Assembly (NCBI RefSeq): GCF_006345805.1
Contig: NC_043002.1
Coordinates: 88,474,001-88,538,000 of the forward strand
DNA length: 64,000 nucleotides
Source: Octopus sinensis
Taxonomy: Eukaryota
Reading direction: 5' to 3'
Position 1 is the stretch's first letter, and each line of letters opens with the position of its first letter. A program made the translations under genes and the position numbers. The notes beneath the pieces were generated by a model, which made no database searches, was not told the origin of the DNA, and saw only the letters and a program-made list of their open reading frames with translations. Of the stretch, positions 37,742 through 52,247 are shown piece by piece.

Positions 37742-39984
37742 ACTTCCTAGAACGTATCCATTGTAAACTCAACTAACTGGCAAAAATTCACTCACCAACT
37801 TACTAACATGTTGTTGGTTTACAGATGTGCTGTTTCCTCTCTGTATGTCTCTTCTGCTACTACTACTAATAATAAATAAATGTGCCCTTTTAAAGCCTAG
37901 TGAGGGTCATGAGCCCGGTTTTCCAGTTTTTATGGTGTATGTGCTCCCCAGCTGGACGGTACGCCAGTCCATTGCAGCGTTGCTCATTTTTGCCAGCTGA
38001 TTGGACTGGAGCAACGTGAAATGTAGTGTTTTGCTCAAGAACACAATGCATCGCCCGGTTCAGGAATCAAAACCACAATCATATGATCATGATGCTGAGT
38101 CCCTAACCACTAAGCCACGCACCTCCACTTATACTACTACTACTACTATCACATTATTCTCTGTTCCTGTGAACCAGCTGACTACATACCATTACCACCC
38201 ATCCCATACAACACATTTGTTCCAAGAATGCTTCCATCAATGGAAACGACACTGGATAACATGAGTGGCTTCAAAAGGAGGTTACTTTGAAGGAGATTAA
38301 ACACTGAATTGATATCATCATCATCATCATAATCATTTAACGTCCGCTTTCCATGCTAGCATGGGTTGGACAATTTGACTGAAGTCTGGTGAACCAGACT
38401 CCAATCTGATCTGGCAGAGTTTCTACAGCTGGATTCCCTTCCTAACGCCAACCATTCCGAGAGTATAGTGGGTGCTCTTACGTGCCACCGGTACGAGGGC
38501 CAGTTTGGTGGTACTGGCAACGGCCACGTCCAAAATGGTGCTTTTTACATGCCACCTGCACATAAAAAGCCAGTCCAGTAGCACTGGCGATGACCTCGCT
38601 CGAATGTTTTACATGCCACCAGCACAAGTGCTAGTAAGGCGACACGGTAATGATCACACTCGAATGGTGGGCTTAACGTGCCAGCAGCATTTCCAGTACT
38701 TTTTGATCAGACCTCACATGTCCTATGTTCATTGTGGTTTAGTTGTTTTTAAAAAAAAAAAAACGATATTTTGGCTGTATATTCAGGAGTCACTTCTTAA
38801 TTTACAGTCTATTTCTTAATAATCAGGACTTAAAAGAGAATATGAAATTTATTAAGCTCAGATATAAATGAAAAATGGATTGAGAGAAGAGAATGTAGAA
38901 TGTCATAGACTTTCCGGAACCTCAGATATAAACTTCATGACAAGCAGAGTTAATTGTTTGACTTTTACTAATTATTGTGTAATTGGTATAATTGGTATTA
39001 TAAAGTGCTTCTCGAAGTCATAATATCTATAGTAAAATGGACAAGTCAATGAAAAGTATCTTGCTCAGTTAGAAATAACAAACAAATCTACCTCAGAACA
39101 CACTCCATTGTCTGAAGTAAAGGATACCTTGGACAAAACTTTAGATATAAATCTGCTCCGTCAGAGCTGCCCTGGAGGTAAACAGCAATAGTGCTTCACC
39201 AAGTAAATGAAGATGCCTCTATGAATGAGGGCTAATGATTTACTAGAAATAATAGCTAAATTTCCTTCAAATAACATTTGTCTTAAAAATAGACTGGATG
39301 GATACTTCAGATCCTAGGTCTGTTTAATCAGAGCTTAACAGCAACAGCAGTTGTATCTTTGCTTACTGGTTAAATCTTTATTCGGAGCATTTGCTTAGTG
39401 CTTGGTAATTGCCAGTATATCTTTGATTCTTTGGTCAATTAGCCAACACTCTAACTCTCTGTCAACTTAGCCAAGTTGTACTGTCGTAGTACATATAATA
39501 TTTCTATCATATATTATGCAATAAAGTTAACGTTATTTAAGATTATTATCAACTATCTTATCAATGATGAGGTCTGAACACTTAACAGGGCATTGAAATA
39601 TCAACAAAACATATACAGATAAAGTAATGGTCGATGAACCTTATTTAAACAATACAGAATCTCGAAGTCTTTTCAATCAACTTTCATAAAAATTATTGCA
39701 AGATTAAATAATTATTTGAAATTTTAGCAAAAGACTATCTATTTTCAGAAGGACATGGGTTAGTTGACTACATCAACTACAGTACTTGACTGTACTTTCT
39801 TTTATCAACCTCAAAAGAATGAAAGGCAAAGTTGATTTTGGCAGGATTTGAACTCAGAATATACAGAGCGAAAATAAGATCTGACAGGAGTTACTCAACA
39901 ACTATAGAGTGTCCTAAAAATCATAAAGAGACTAAAAGTACCTAATTAACATTTCTGTATTATTCTTTTGATGTTGTTATCGCC

Positions 39985-40265
39985 AGGCCTAACTCATCAT
40001 AAAGTCAATACCATCATGACCGATATCCAATCTACAGTGGAGAAGGCTAGCCCCTGGATTTGGTTAAAAAGAGACAATGAGCGATGGCTAGAAGGATAAT
40101 GAGCTCATTTTGATAACCAGCTGATCTAGCAAGCGGGGCTTCATATCAGTGAGGGGGCTGGTGCGCATTCATGCCGTCGAGAGGTAGGCCCCGAAATGGC
40201 GCACATTCTCTCTTGATGACCCCATACACTTGCTGGCTTCTGGTATACGGAGTTTTTGACTGGTA
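39985..40265 (+). mobile_element. 3' end of an RLE-type LINE (Hero/NeSL-like)
   Basis: KVNTIMTDIQSTVEKASPWIWLKRDNERWLEG* resembles the AExASxWLWLKR C-terminus; a GC-richer UTR follows. Confidence 0.5.
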
Positions 40266-40587
40266 GCACTTGCATGTACAAGTTGTTTCCAAGACATCTT
40301 GTTTCAGTCATTGGACTGTGGCCATGCATAGCACATTGCCTCAAAGGATTCATAAACACAGATTTTGTAAGGTCAGAAATCTAAGTGTTTTGTCTGACTA
40401 TTTTGAATCTTTTGACTTTCTATTGGCTATGTATTAATGCTTGAATTTCTTTATTTGTCAGTATAAAATGAACACTGTAGATTTTTGTGTTTAGATGGTT
40501 AAAATGGTGTAGCTGCTTTGTTTTCAATTCCATAGTCTCAAATCAATTTACTTTCTAAGTACATCAAAATTATTGCCTGTATTTTAA

Positions 40588-40808
40588 CCCTTTAGTATTC
40601 ACGTTATTCTGTCAAAAGTAGTACTTATTTATTCACATTGTTTTAAATTAATCCTGCATTATCTTGTAGCTTTGAGATTTTGATGAAGTAACTGTTCATT
40701 TTTAGAATGATATAGTAGGGCTGGTGTGAGAGGCCAGATCTGGCCAATTTGAACATAAAACAAGGGAGAATATTTTAGCCGGATATGGCCTGTTTAAATG
40801 CTAAAGGG
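40588..40808. mobile_element. piggyBac-type MITE
   Basis: TTAA-CCCTTTAG ... CTAAAGGG-TTAA. Confidence 0.85.
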
Positions 40809-40944
40809 TTAAATGAAGTAGAAATTTCAGAGTTGAGATTCTAGGCAAGAATGATTCAGTGTAATGAATAGTGAGGTGCCTAAGTAGACTGGACACAAAC
40901 AAAAGTAATGGGAAGGGAAGAGATGACATACATCAAGACATACA

Positions 40945-41432
40945 TCATCCTCAAAGACATCCTCAAAGACATACATCATCTCGAAAGAGTCCAGAAACTG
41001 GCTACCCGCATGGTTCTTGGTCTCAAGCATTTGTCTTATGAAGAAAGGCTGAAGATGCTCGGCCTTTATTCTCTCGAAAAACGACGCTGCCGTGGTGATT
41101 TCATTCTCGCTCACAACATCATAAGCGGAAAGTGTAACCTCTCGAAAAGGCTGTTCTTCACTCCTGCTCCAGAGTGTGGGCTGCAGGGTCACTCCGAAAA
41201 GCTCTATCTACGACGATTTCATCTCAATCGAAGGAGAGGGGCTTTCTCCATCCAGGTTGCGGATCCATGGAATAAGCTGCCGGACGAGATAGTGAAGATG
41301 CTGACGACCACTCGGTTCAAAGTCTCTCTTGACCAGAAATGGCCTGAACTCTTTGTATGACCATCCTCCCTGTCTCCCTACATGGCTTTGCTTTTGCTTT
41401 TTGAGCCAATAAAAATTGAATTGAATTGATTG
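40945..41432 (+). mobile_element. CR1/L2-group LINE 3' fragment
   Basis: LERVQKLATRMV.GLKHLSYEERLKMLGLYSLEKRR.RGD and WNKLP motifs; tail (AATTG)n. Confidence 0.85.
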
Positions 41433-43139
41433 AGTGGAATAGGAATGGGACAGGAGTATCTGAGGGGAAGTAGCATGAATCCAGCTGCTCCAACAAACAA
41501 AGTGACAGTGTTCATTTATAATCTTCTATGGAAACATATCTGGCCATTGTGCTGCTCATGTTCAAAGGACTCAAAAAAAAAAGAAAATATATCCTAGCCT
41601 AGAAACAGATGACAAGAAGAGAATCTAGTCACAGAAAATCAGCCTGGACAAATTCCGGTTGACCCATGCAAGTATGCAAAAGCGGATGTTAAAATAATGA
41701 TGATGATTATAATGATGGTGATGATGATGGAGGTGGTGGTGGTGGTGGTGGTGGTGGTGGTGGTGGTGGTGGTGGTGGTGGTGTTGGTGGTTGTGATGAT
41801 GATGATGATGATGGTGATGATGGTGGTGGTGATGATGGTGGTGGTGTGGTGGTGATGGTGATGATGATGATGATGATGATGGCGATGACGATGACGATGA
41901 CGACAACAATGATGATGATGATGGTGATATAAAAGGTTTGTATGCAAGTATTTGGCCCAAGGACAAGATAATTCAGAAACAATTCAGTCCATCAAGCTAT
42001 AAATAGTAAGTTTTGTGTATATAACCACTCACTAATTATAGAGTTAATTATACCTGTTAATCATATAGTAATTAATTACATAACAGCAGCATTGAGTAAC
42101 TAATAAGTATTTATTTAACATGTATTGCTGTGTGCAAGTCAACTAACAGGACTGGATATCATATGAGTATATTCCTCTTCCTGCTACTTTCACTACAACA
42201 ACTGCTGCTGCTGCTGCTACTACTACTACTACTACTACTACTTGGCTTTATTTTACTTGCCTGGTGTGGAGGAAGGGGAAGTGACCATGGCATTTGTAGT
42301 CCATCCTAGACAGATGACAATAATGCTATTAGTATTTCTCTTAAGGCAGTGAGTTGGCCGAAATGTTGGCACACCAGGCGAAATGCTGAGCGGTATTTCA
42401 TCTGTCTTTATGTTTTGAGTTCAAATTCTGCCGAGTTTGACTTTGCCGTTCATCCTTTCGGGGTCAATAAATTAAATACCAGTTGCGTATTAGGGGCTGA
42501 TCTAATTGACTGCCCCGCTCCCCCAAAATTTCGGGCCTTGTGCCTAGAATACAAAAAAATTTTTCTTTTGAACCCTCAAGATCGTGAGATGGCAGAATCC
42601 TTAACATGCTGGCCAAAATGTTTGTCTTTATGTTCTAAGTTCAAATCCCCTCAGAGATGAGCTTGCCTTTCATCCTTTAAGGGTCAATAGAATAAGTACC
42701 AGTTGAACACTTGGGTTGATGTAATTGACTTATCCCCTCCCCTCCAAATTACTGGCCTTGTGCCTAAATTTGAACCCTTTATAAGTCAACATCTATTGGA
42801 AAGACATGAGTAGAGAAGGAATTTCAGAAGGATGACATTCTGGAGAAGGAAGGACAGGTTACTGAGATCAGTGCAGGGCCTAGGGTGAGGAGAGAAGCAA
42901 TGAATAGATCAGGAACCGTAAGAGATGTTGTACAGTCGACACCTCCAATAGGTAATCTACTTTCACTATCAGTTCTTATCAGAGACTGAGTCAGCAGCTT
43001 CACTAAGTCTGAATATAAGCATCAGGTGAGAAATAAGCATAGGCATATCACCATTTAATTGTGATATCCTGTGGTAGAACACACACACAGTTATTTCTCC
43101 TTCTCTCTTTCTTTTTCTTTATTTGTAAATGTATGTTCT

Positions 43140-43571
43140 TGAACCGGCCATATCTGGCCAAAATATTCTATCTGTTTTATGCTCCAACTGATCAGATCGT
43201 GCCTCTCACACCAATCCTACAATATCATTCTAAAAATTAACAGTTGCTTTGTCAAAATCACAAAGCTAAAAGATAACGTATGATTAATTCAAAACAATGT
43301 GAATAAAGAAGCATTACTTTTGACAGAATAATCCAAACACTAATGGGTTAACCCTTTAGCATTTAAACCGCCCATATCCGGCCAAAAGTATTCTGCCTGT
43401 TTTATGTTCAAACTGGCCAGATCTGGTCTCTCACACCAACCCTACAATGTCATTTTAAAATTAACAGCTACCTCATCAAAATATTATAGCTACAAGATAA
43501 TGCATGATTAGTTCAAAACAATGTGGATGAAAAAGGATTAATTTTGGCAGAATAATGCGAACACTAAAGGG
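43140..43571. mobile_element. Two piggyBac-type MITEs in tandem sharing one TTAA
   Basis: Truncated copy 43140-43347, TTAA at 43348-43351, full copy 43352-43571. Confidence 0.8.
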
Positions 43572-44521
43572 TTAAAGATATTGAAATGAGGTTATTACTC
43601 CAAAATACCATGGCTGATTAAATATTTCCAAAGTAAATATTGGTTTCAAATTTTGGAACAAGGCCAGCAAGTTTGGTGGGGAGGATAAAAAGTCAATTAC
43701 ATAGACCCCAGTACTCAACTAGTATTTACTTTATCAACACCAAAAGGATGAAAGACAAGGTCAACCTTGGCAACATTCGAACTCAGAATGTAAAGATGAA
43801 TTAAATGCCACTAAGCATTTATTTCATCTCTCAAAGCTTCTAAATTCTTATGGTGTGATTAATATACAATTCTTGCTCATAAGAACAATGCTTCTAAAAT
43901 GGATGGAGAAATTCAAAGGATTACTTTGGGATTATGGTAGAACATCTGAAAGCAGAGCTTATTTGAAGCAAAGCTAGAAATCCAGGATCTTGAATTATCC
44001 AGTTATATATTTTTGCTAGTTTATTTTGTCTCTCTGTCTTATCTCGTGGTGTGATATGAACATTTTAGGTGGATTTTAGAGTCAGGGTTTTGACTGCTAT
44101 TTTGGCATGATGGTGTCTCTCATACCCTTATTTATAGTTGTGAAAAATTATTACCTTTGTATGGTATTTTTTCCCATGCTGGCCACTTGATAATATCGAT
44201 ATTTAAATATCGATATTATCCTTATATATATATATTTATAATGTACTTTTCTGTGATGGCAAGGTCAACAAAAAAGTACTCCATCTGGTGCATTTTCCAG
44301 TTTTATAACCTTACAGCTTTTATAATTACTTCTTTCTTGCCTTTCCTTGTTTCTTCTCTCATTCTGTTGTCCCATTTTTAGTTTGTTATGCCATATGGGC
44401 AGTGTCTGATGATTCAGCTAAGACACCAGACATGTTAAAAAATACTGGCTGGTTTGCTCATTTGCTTTCAGAACATGAAACTAATAGCAGCACACAAAAA
44501 CACATACTGTGTTTATTAAAT

Positions 44522-44567
<46 letters not shown>

Positions 44568-45242
44568 TAAAACGGTAAGATAACATATATATATATATAT
44601 ATACAGTGAGGGAAATAAATATTCGTACATGTCAAAATTCTTTATTTATTTAATTCTTAATGAACATAAATGGGATATACCAATACCATATTTGCATACA
44701 CATGCATAAACTAAGAATATGCAAAAGAAACTAATAAATTATAGTAACTTAGTTTTCTCTAAGTATAATTAAACTTTATACTCATAACATAGGGTAATAC
44801 TAAACTATATAATATACTATCCCCTAACATTTAGAAGACATATTACCTATTATGTCTCATAATTATATCTACAAAAATTATTGAGATAACTACTATTGAT
44901 ATGTAATATATTGATATGTAATATATTCGACTTTTTTACCTTAAATTAACAACTAAATTTCTAACAATATCCTAAAAAATATTTAATAATTATTAATTAT
45001 TTTACTGGGATTAACTTAATCACCAAGTATTGATTAGATATTGTAACTATTTCTATCAACATAATTGAGATGACATAACATAACAAATTCATATCTATTT
45101 ATACCTAACTGAATATTCATAACATTTATGTTACAATATATAATATTTTTGGTCTATTATCTAACATTAATATTAATATTAAGCTATAGTTAACAATACT
45201 TATTAATTAAATAATATAGTATTTCTTTATTAACCTATAAAG

Positions 45243-45655
45243 GTTTAACACAGAGGGGACATTACAAGGACAGACAAGGGACATTCAAGGTACACTCTCG
45301 CTTCTTACATACAGTATAAAAAACCGGATGGATTTACATATATTGTGTATGAGGGTTAAAAATATACATATGAACGATGATCAGATGAGTTTTGAATCTG
45401 GGTTAGGGGGTTAACCCGCCGGTTGGTTATCCCTTTTTGGTCATTTTTCCTTCCTTTTATGCTCCGACCGACTGTGCAAGCATAGCGTCGTGCATTCTCA
45501 TCTTTCTTACTATTGTCGTCCATCTTTTACCAAACTCTCTTTGCGGCAGGCTCCTCCTCTCCAGACGGATCTTGCTGGACAGATGGGCAGCGAAGTAATT
45601 CACCAGCCCACGTCCGGAGATGAATTGGCCTGTTGCAATCCCTTTTGCTCGCGTC
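45243..45655 (-). mobile_element. L1/Tx1-like LINE 3' fragment
   Basis: Minus strand TRAKGIATGQFISGRGLVNYFAAHLSSKIRLERRSLPQREFGKRW...* resembles a Tx1 ORF2 C-terminus. It is a GC-rich island in AT-rich DNA followed by a UTR. Confidence 0.55.
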
Positions 45656-46761
45656 TAAATTCTCATATATTGATAATATACCAAAATTCTTTCAATAAAC
45701 TACATTTATGATGACATAATGCACAAGATTTCTATCTATCCAGAATGTAAACAAACAATATATATTCATCGTGCCGATCATATGGTAAGTACCTATGCTT
45801 ATCATTTTAGGTAAATGCATTTCATAGAAGCATTAATTAAATCACACTTGAATATAAATAAATACTACTGAATTGAAAGTTATAATGTGTATATATGTGT
45901 ATGATTGTATGCTTTATGTACATACCTATGTGCATTTATGTATACATTAATGTATATGCATGTGTGTGTATACATGGGTATGTATATAGATATATGTATA
46001 TATGTGTGTGTGTATAAGAGCATGTATGAGTGTGTATATATATGTGTGCGTGTGTGTGTGCATGAGATTTTTACTGTGAGTCTTTTATTACCATATAATT
46101 CCACACAAATGTATATTGTCAAACTGTTATGATTTGATATTTTCTGACATGCTTAACCATATGTAAACTAATTTAAATTTTTCCAACCAATGGGTACAGA
46201 TCAATACATAGAGTCTATTCTATTCTTTTTTATTTTATTTTTGTTCTACTTTTATTTATTCATTTACTTTTTATGTTTATTTTGTTTATTTGATATTTTA
46301 TGCCTTTTATTTTTATTGTACTTACTTTTTATATTACTTTATTTTATTCTACCTTATAATATTCAAATTAATCCATTATCCCTCACACACACACATAAAT
46401 AAAAATAAAATAATTCCATATACTTAGTCTGCCAGTATGAACTAAGCGATCAACATGTAATCTTTTATCATATATTTTTTTTCCCTGATATTGTTTTTAT
46501 ACCTTATAAAGGCAAATTTAAACCATAAATTTGAATGTTATTTAATAGGTACAATTGAAACAGCTGTAGGGTGTATGAACTATCGTTTATTAATAAATAT
46601 CTATTAACATTCAACTCTCCATTTTCTTTTCTGTTATTAAGCAAATATGGCTCACACACACACACATTTAATTTCTCTGAGAAATTATGTCTCATAATTT
46701 AATTATGGGCCTTTTGGCAGCTTGAACCAAGGACTGAACCAACTAGATTCACCTTTCTTAA

Positions 46762-46982
46762 CCCTTTAGCATTTAAACTGGCTATATCCGGCCAAAAGAA
46801 TTTTACCTGTCTTATGTTCAAACTGGCCAGATCTGGTCTCTCACACCAGCCCTACAATATCGTTTTAAAAATTAACAACTACCTCATCAAAATCTCAAAA
46901 CTACAAGATAATGAATGATTAGTTCAAAACAAAGTGGATGAAAAAGCATTAATTTTGGTAGAATAATGCAAACACTAAAGGG
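46762..46982. mobile_element. piggyBac-type MITE
   Basis: TTAA-CCCTTTAGC ... ACTAAAGGG-TTAA; same family as 43352-43571. Confidence 0.85.
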
Positions 46983-47880
46983 TTAAGACCCATCAGGGAT
47001 CTCATACTTTTGTCTTGCAAGTAGCCAGAAGAAAACCACACAGAAAATAGAAGCTAAAACTACATGTTGTTATAGAAAAGACATATTAACGATATAATAT
47101 ACAGCTGTCCACTCACAATGGTCACTATTGATTTCTATAGTATACTTATCTCCAATCAGTTTTACTCTCAAGAAACCAGAAAGCAAAAGATAGAGTAATA
47201 TTTCTATAAGACGTAATAACCTGCAAAAAGATTGGCACATGTTTTAAAGCCATGTCAAAAGTTTCTATGTAACAAGTTTTGACATCTTTAGAATATGTTA
47301 ATAGCTATTCTGTAACACCAAGGACACAAACTGAATGTGAATTTCAAAGTTTGGCATTTATCATTTGAAGTCTAATGCACATTGCTTGTTACTAACATAA
47401 GACAGGAGGGGTAGGGATGGGGTAAGATGGGGTGGGGAGGCCATAATTTTGAATTAATTGAAATTAATTAAAAGCAGGAAGTGGACAATGTAGAGGAGAG
47501 TACGTCTCCTCTTTGACAGCTCTGGACGTGTTTCCATCTTAGTCAACCTCCTCAGAGAAGTATAGTTTAGATACCAGAGTTGTCTCTCCTGTCTCTCTTG
47601 ACCAGAATTAATCATTAAATTAATAATCCTTTCTCTTCACTACCTTATGTACATTCACATCAAATTTATTATAATGTTTTCATGCAGAGTGTATCCCTGG
47701 ATGTATTTCCTAGTTTTATCTTCCTAATAACACAGTTGGGCAACAGTAATTAAAAAACAAGCAGCAGCAGCAACCGTAACATCAACAAGTGCAACAACAA
47801 CAAATTCACAAAATGTGTTGGTAAAACATATGTGTGTATGTGTTGTCTTTGTTTTTGCATGTAGGCATGTTTTACCATTG

Positions 47881-48905
47881 TATTGGGTCAACCCATAAAT
47901 AACATGGTTTTTTTATACTCTTTACTCTTTTTTACTCTTTTTACTTGTTTCAGTCATTTGACTGTGGCCATGCTGGAACACCGCCTTTAGTCGAGCAAAT
48001 CGACTCCAGGACTTATTCTTTGTAAGCCTAGTACTTATTCTATCGGTCTCTTTTGCTGAACCGCTAAGTTACGGAGACGTATATACACCATCATCAGTTG
48101 TTAAGCAATGTTGGGGAGACAAACAGACACACAAACATATACACACACACATACATATATATATACATATATACGACAGGCTTCTTTCAGTTTCTGTCTA
48201 CCAAATCCACTCACAAAGCTTTGGTCAGCCCAAGGCTATAGTAGAAGACACTTGCCCAAGGTGCCACGCAGTGGGACTGAACCCGGAACCATATGGTTCG
48301 TAAGCAAGCTACTTACCACACAGCCTCTGTTACTTCTCAAAATTAAGATAAACAAAGATTTTTTAAAATCTAAAATATACTCCCCTTCATTTTCTGCAAT
48401 GATCTTGCAAGGCCCATCTTCCAAAACTCACTTGTCTGTAATGAAAAAATACTCCTCCAGTACTGTTCTGACCTCATCTGCAGAATTCATATTCTTTGTG
48501 TCCAAATGATTTTGAAGACTGCAGAATAAATGATAATCAAATTGGGCAATGTCCAGCAAATATGGTGGGTGGGGCATCATTTCCCATTCAAATTGCTCCA
48601 GCCTCTGGAATGTCATCCTTGCTGTATGGAAGAACACCTTTCGTTTTGAAACCAAAGATTGTTGTCTTTCTTCTGGCACTGACTTGAGCCACTTAAGCTG
48701 CCCATAGTAGATCTCTTTTGTTATTGTTTGGTTTGGATTTAAAAGTTCAAAGTGGACTAAACCTTTCATACCCCACCAAACATACCCCACCTTTGGCCTG
48801 GGGTACTGGTGTTTCTCCTCTCCCTGCCAACTCTCTTCAGCACTTGACATTTTTATAGAGAACCCATTTTTTGTCCCCAGTCACTAGTCAGTCCCAAAAA
48901 GGTTC
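47881..48905 (-). mobile_element. mariner (DD34D) 3' remnant with TIR, interrupted by SINE-B
   Basis: HFELLNPNQTIT, WEMMPHPPY and DYHLFCSLQN motifs. TIR-like TATTGGGTCAACCCATAAATAA at 47881. Confidence 0.8.
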
Positions 48906-48990
48906 GGAATTTCTGGAACATATGTGTGTGGATGTGTGGTAGGGGGGAGTAATTATGTATGTGAGTATATATATATATATATATACATAT

Positions 48991-49027
<37 letters not shown>

Positions 49028-50340
49028 CACTTGCTTGCTGTTCCTACACCTGTCTTCGTCTTATTTTTCTATAAATTTCTTATGTGTGTGTGTGTGTGTG
49101 TGTGTGTGTACAATAGGTTTCCTCACCCTTTCTGTGTGGAAATTCAAGCACAAGACATTGGTTGGGCCAGGACTATATTAGCTGACACTTTCCCAAGGTG
49201 CCATGCTGTGTGCCTGAACCTAAAACCATGCAGTTATGAAACAAATTTCTTAACCACATGGGTAAGAACCAAATGACAATGAGTGAGAAAATTACCTTTT
49301 ATGAGCCAAAACTTTTTATCCTTTTGTGTATTGTTAAACAATGCACCCAAGTCTATTTACTCTGTTGAGAATCTAATGCTAGTCTTATCGCTGTGCTTTT
49401 GTCGATGTCGTAACTGTCAACATTAATGTGAGATAATGCTATATGAAGAACCTAAGATGACATAGTTTGCACTCATTTGTTTTAAGCGGAACAATTGGAG
49501 AACATAACTGTAATAATAGTAATGTCTATATTCTTTCCTTGCCATTATTTATAATGTAGAAAAATGCTTCTGTTATAGCTATTCCAGCTTAGAGTGCTGC
49601 AAGAGAAACATCTTGAGCAGAAGCAGTGTGTTTGTGTGTGGTGGGGTGGGGCAGAGAAGAGGGAGCAAAGTTTGGCATTCAATGAAAAGATGTTATCATG
49701 GCATAAGTTTTTAGACTTCAGCAGAGAGAGAAGAGAGAGAGAGAGAGTATGAAAGACAAAGAGAAGGAGAGAACAAATTTAGTTCTAGCAAGCAGCTGAA
49801 CATTCACTTTGCTCATTTACTCAAAGAAAGCTATGTCAATCTAACAATAACAACAAAAAACATCCTGAATGTAACGTTTATCTTATTTTTATCTATGAGG
49901 TAGATTAAGTTTATCTTATTTCATAAGGCAATTTCACGATATTAAATAATATATAAATAAATGATAAACAAAAAGTTTCTTCAGAGACAAGCGTGTGAGT
50001 GTGTGTGTAGTCAGGGAGAAAGCTGGAATTTAGTAGCTAATGAGTTTTGTATATAATTAATTATTAAGCTTAAAACAAATTAGAATTATCATTATTGTTA
50101 TTTCTTAGAAATTGTAGAACTAATTATTTATTTAGTTTTATTTTATATTGATATTACTGAATAACAGAGTAAGTTCTTACAGGTTTTCAGTGGCCCAGTC
50201 ACTGGGATTCACTGTATTTGTGATGAGAGTATAATAAGGAAGTGGATGTAACTCAGTTGAAAACAAATATTGAAAAGGTCCTTGTTTAGAGAGCAATAAT
50301 TTTTTCCATAGTTTCCTCGTGTTTACTTCCTTGTCAAATA

Positions 50341-50632
50341 TATTATGTCAACCCATAAATAATGTGGTTATTTTTCAATTGCATGAACTAAAAGTCAGAG
50401 GGGAATGGGATAAACTACCTGCATCAACTTGCTATAAAAGTAGGTAGTAATTTTACTTTGTGCTTATTCTTAGTGCAAGTTTTGAAGAGTGCAGTTCGAT
50501 TTTAACAGTTATTTTTCAAAGCTAAAATAGAAGTGACAAAGGAGCATATTTGGCATATTTTGCTTTGAGTTCAATAAAGGCAACAACACAAGAGAAAGTG
50601 CAAGGAATATTAATGAGGAATATTAATGCAGT
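50341..50632 (+). mobile_element. mariner 5' remnant
   Basis: Same TIR-like TATTATGTCAACCCATAAATAA, then EVTKEHIWHIL..FNKGNNTRESARNIN (mariner N-terminal HTH). Confidence 0.7.
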
Positions 50633-50639
50633 ATATATA

Positions 50640-51500
50640 TATCATTATCATTATCATTTAACATCCACTTTCCATGCTGGCATGGGTTGGACGGTTTGAC
50701 AGAGGACTGGCAAGCTAGATGGCAGCACCAGGCTCCAATCTGATCTAGCTGAGTTTCTACAGCTGGATGCTCTTCCCAACGCCAACCACTTCAAGAGTGT
50801 AGTGGGTGCTTTTATGTGCCACCTGCACAGGAGCCAGTCCAGCAGCACTGGCGACGACCTTACTCAAATGTTGCTTTTCACGTGTCACCAGCACAAGTGC
50901 CAGTAAGGTAACGCTGGTAACAATCACGCACGAATGGTGCTTTTAACGTGCCACTGGCAGCAGCCCTAGCAATGATCATGCTCAGATGGTGCTCTTAGCA
51001 CTCCACTAGCATGGTCTTCGCAATCAGAGTTTAGTGTCCAATGAAGGAAAGGTACGCATAAGTGGGCTGGTTACACCACTGGCACAGGGCACGGATTATG
51101 GTCTCACTTGGCTTGCCGGGTCTTCTCAAGCACATCATATTTCTAAAGGTCTCAATCACAAGTCATTGCCTCGGTAAGGCCTAATGTTTGAAGGTTGTGC
51201 TTCACCACCTCATCCAAGGTCTTCTTGGGTCTACTTTTTCCACAGGTTCCCTTAACCGCTAGGGTGTGACGCTTTTTCACACAGCTATCCTCATCCATTC
51301 TCACCACATGACCATACCAGCACAGTCGTCTCTCTTGCACAACACATCTGATGCTTCTTAGGGCCAACTCCTCTCTCAAGGCACTTACACTCTGTCGAGT
51401 ATGCACACTGACATTACACATCCAGCAGAGCATACTGGCTTCATTTCTAGCAAGCAAGCTCGCGCATGTCCTCAGCAGTCACAGCCCATGTTTCACTGGC
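50640..51500 (-). mobile_element. RTE LINE 3' fragment
   Basis: ORF 51152-51457 RNEASMLCWMCNVSVH...RLCWYGHV, plus UTR and tail. Confidence 0.85.
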
Positions 51501-51539
51501 ATATATATATATATATAATATATATATATATATATAAGG

Positions 51540-52070
51540 AAAAGAATCTGAAAATGCAGGAGTCTTTTAAAAGTATTTATTAACTTAACCGGTTTCACTT
51601 ATTTAAAAAGATTTTCAAAAGTAAAGTGTGAGGCTTTGTGTATCCTCTGTGGTGTCTAAAATTAGTTTACATAAATGTATTCAAATCAAGTGATAGAGTC
51701 TTTGACAATGATAAAAAAGGGTTTTTGAGGCTTTGTGCATCCTCTGTGATGAATCAAAAAATAGTTTACATAAAGACATTCAGATGAGGTAATAAATTTT
51801 TTTACAATGACAAGAAGATAAAAATTAGTTTACATGAATGTATCCCAATCAAATAATAGAGTCTTTGACAAGAGGATAAAACATGTCTGGTTTGTCAGTC
51901 AGAGGGTGCTAAAGCTTTTAATCTCACAGTGATCAGAAACTATAATTGTTTGCAGTATCTTAAATTGAAAAAAAGCTGAGTAAAGAAATAATAGACCATT
52001 TATAGTTCTTGGATCTGGCTTTAAGGGTCTCTGGCTGGAGTTTGCCAGTTACTTACTATTTTAAATATTA
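51540..52070 (-). mobile_element. Probable Penelope-like element 3' remnant with a decayed hammerhead
   Basis: Minus strand at 51583-51622: actt-TTGAAAA...GAAA-ccgg-TT-aagt. Upstream NYKWSII resembles the C-terminal region of Penelope GIY-YIG endonucleases. Confidence 0.4.
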
Positions 52071-52247
52071 CACAGTAACTTAATCTCTGTGTGTATGTGT
52101 GTGTGTGAGTCTGTGTGTATTATGTATGTGTATGTGAGTGTGTGTGTGTGTGTGTTTAGATCGTGTATAGATTGTTAGCTCCTACACGCATTTTTTCTCT
52201 CCTTGTTTTTCTCCTTGTCTTTTTCTCTCCTTGTTTTTTTCTGTGTA

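Noticed and set aside
37801-37850. Plus-strand TACTAAC branchpoint, acceptor and an 18-nt exon
   Set aside because: An isolated signal with a weak donor context; it shows that such motifs can arise by chance.
39560-39605. TGATGA...GAAA hammerhead-like string
   Set aside because: The core C is missing and there is no helix I or III pairing.
44720-45240. NUMT or mitochondrial control region
   Set aside because: Only extreme AT richness; no mitochondrial gene or tRNA motif is recognised.
47881-50632. A single mariner element spanning both fragments
   Set aside because: The TIR-like sequences are in direct orientation and the coding pieces are on opposite strands, so they are separate or rearranged copies.
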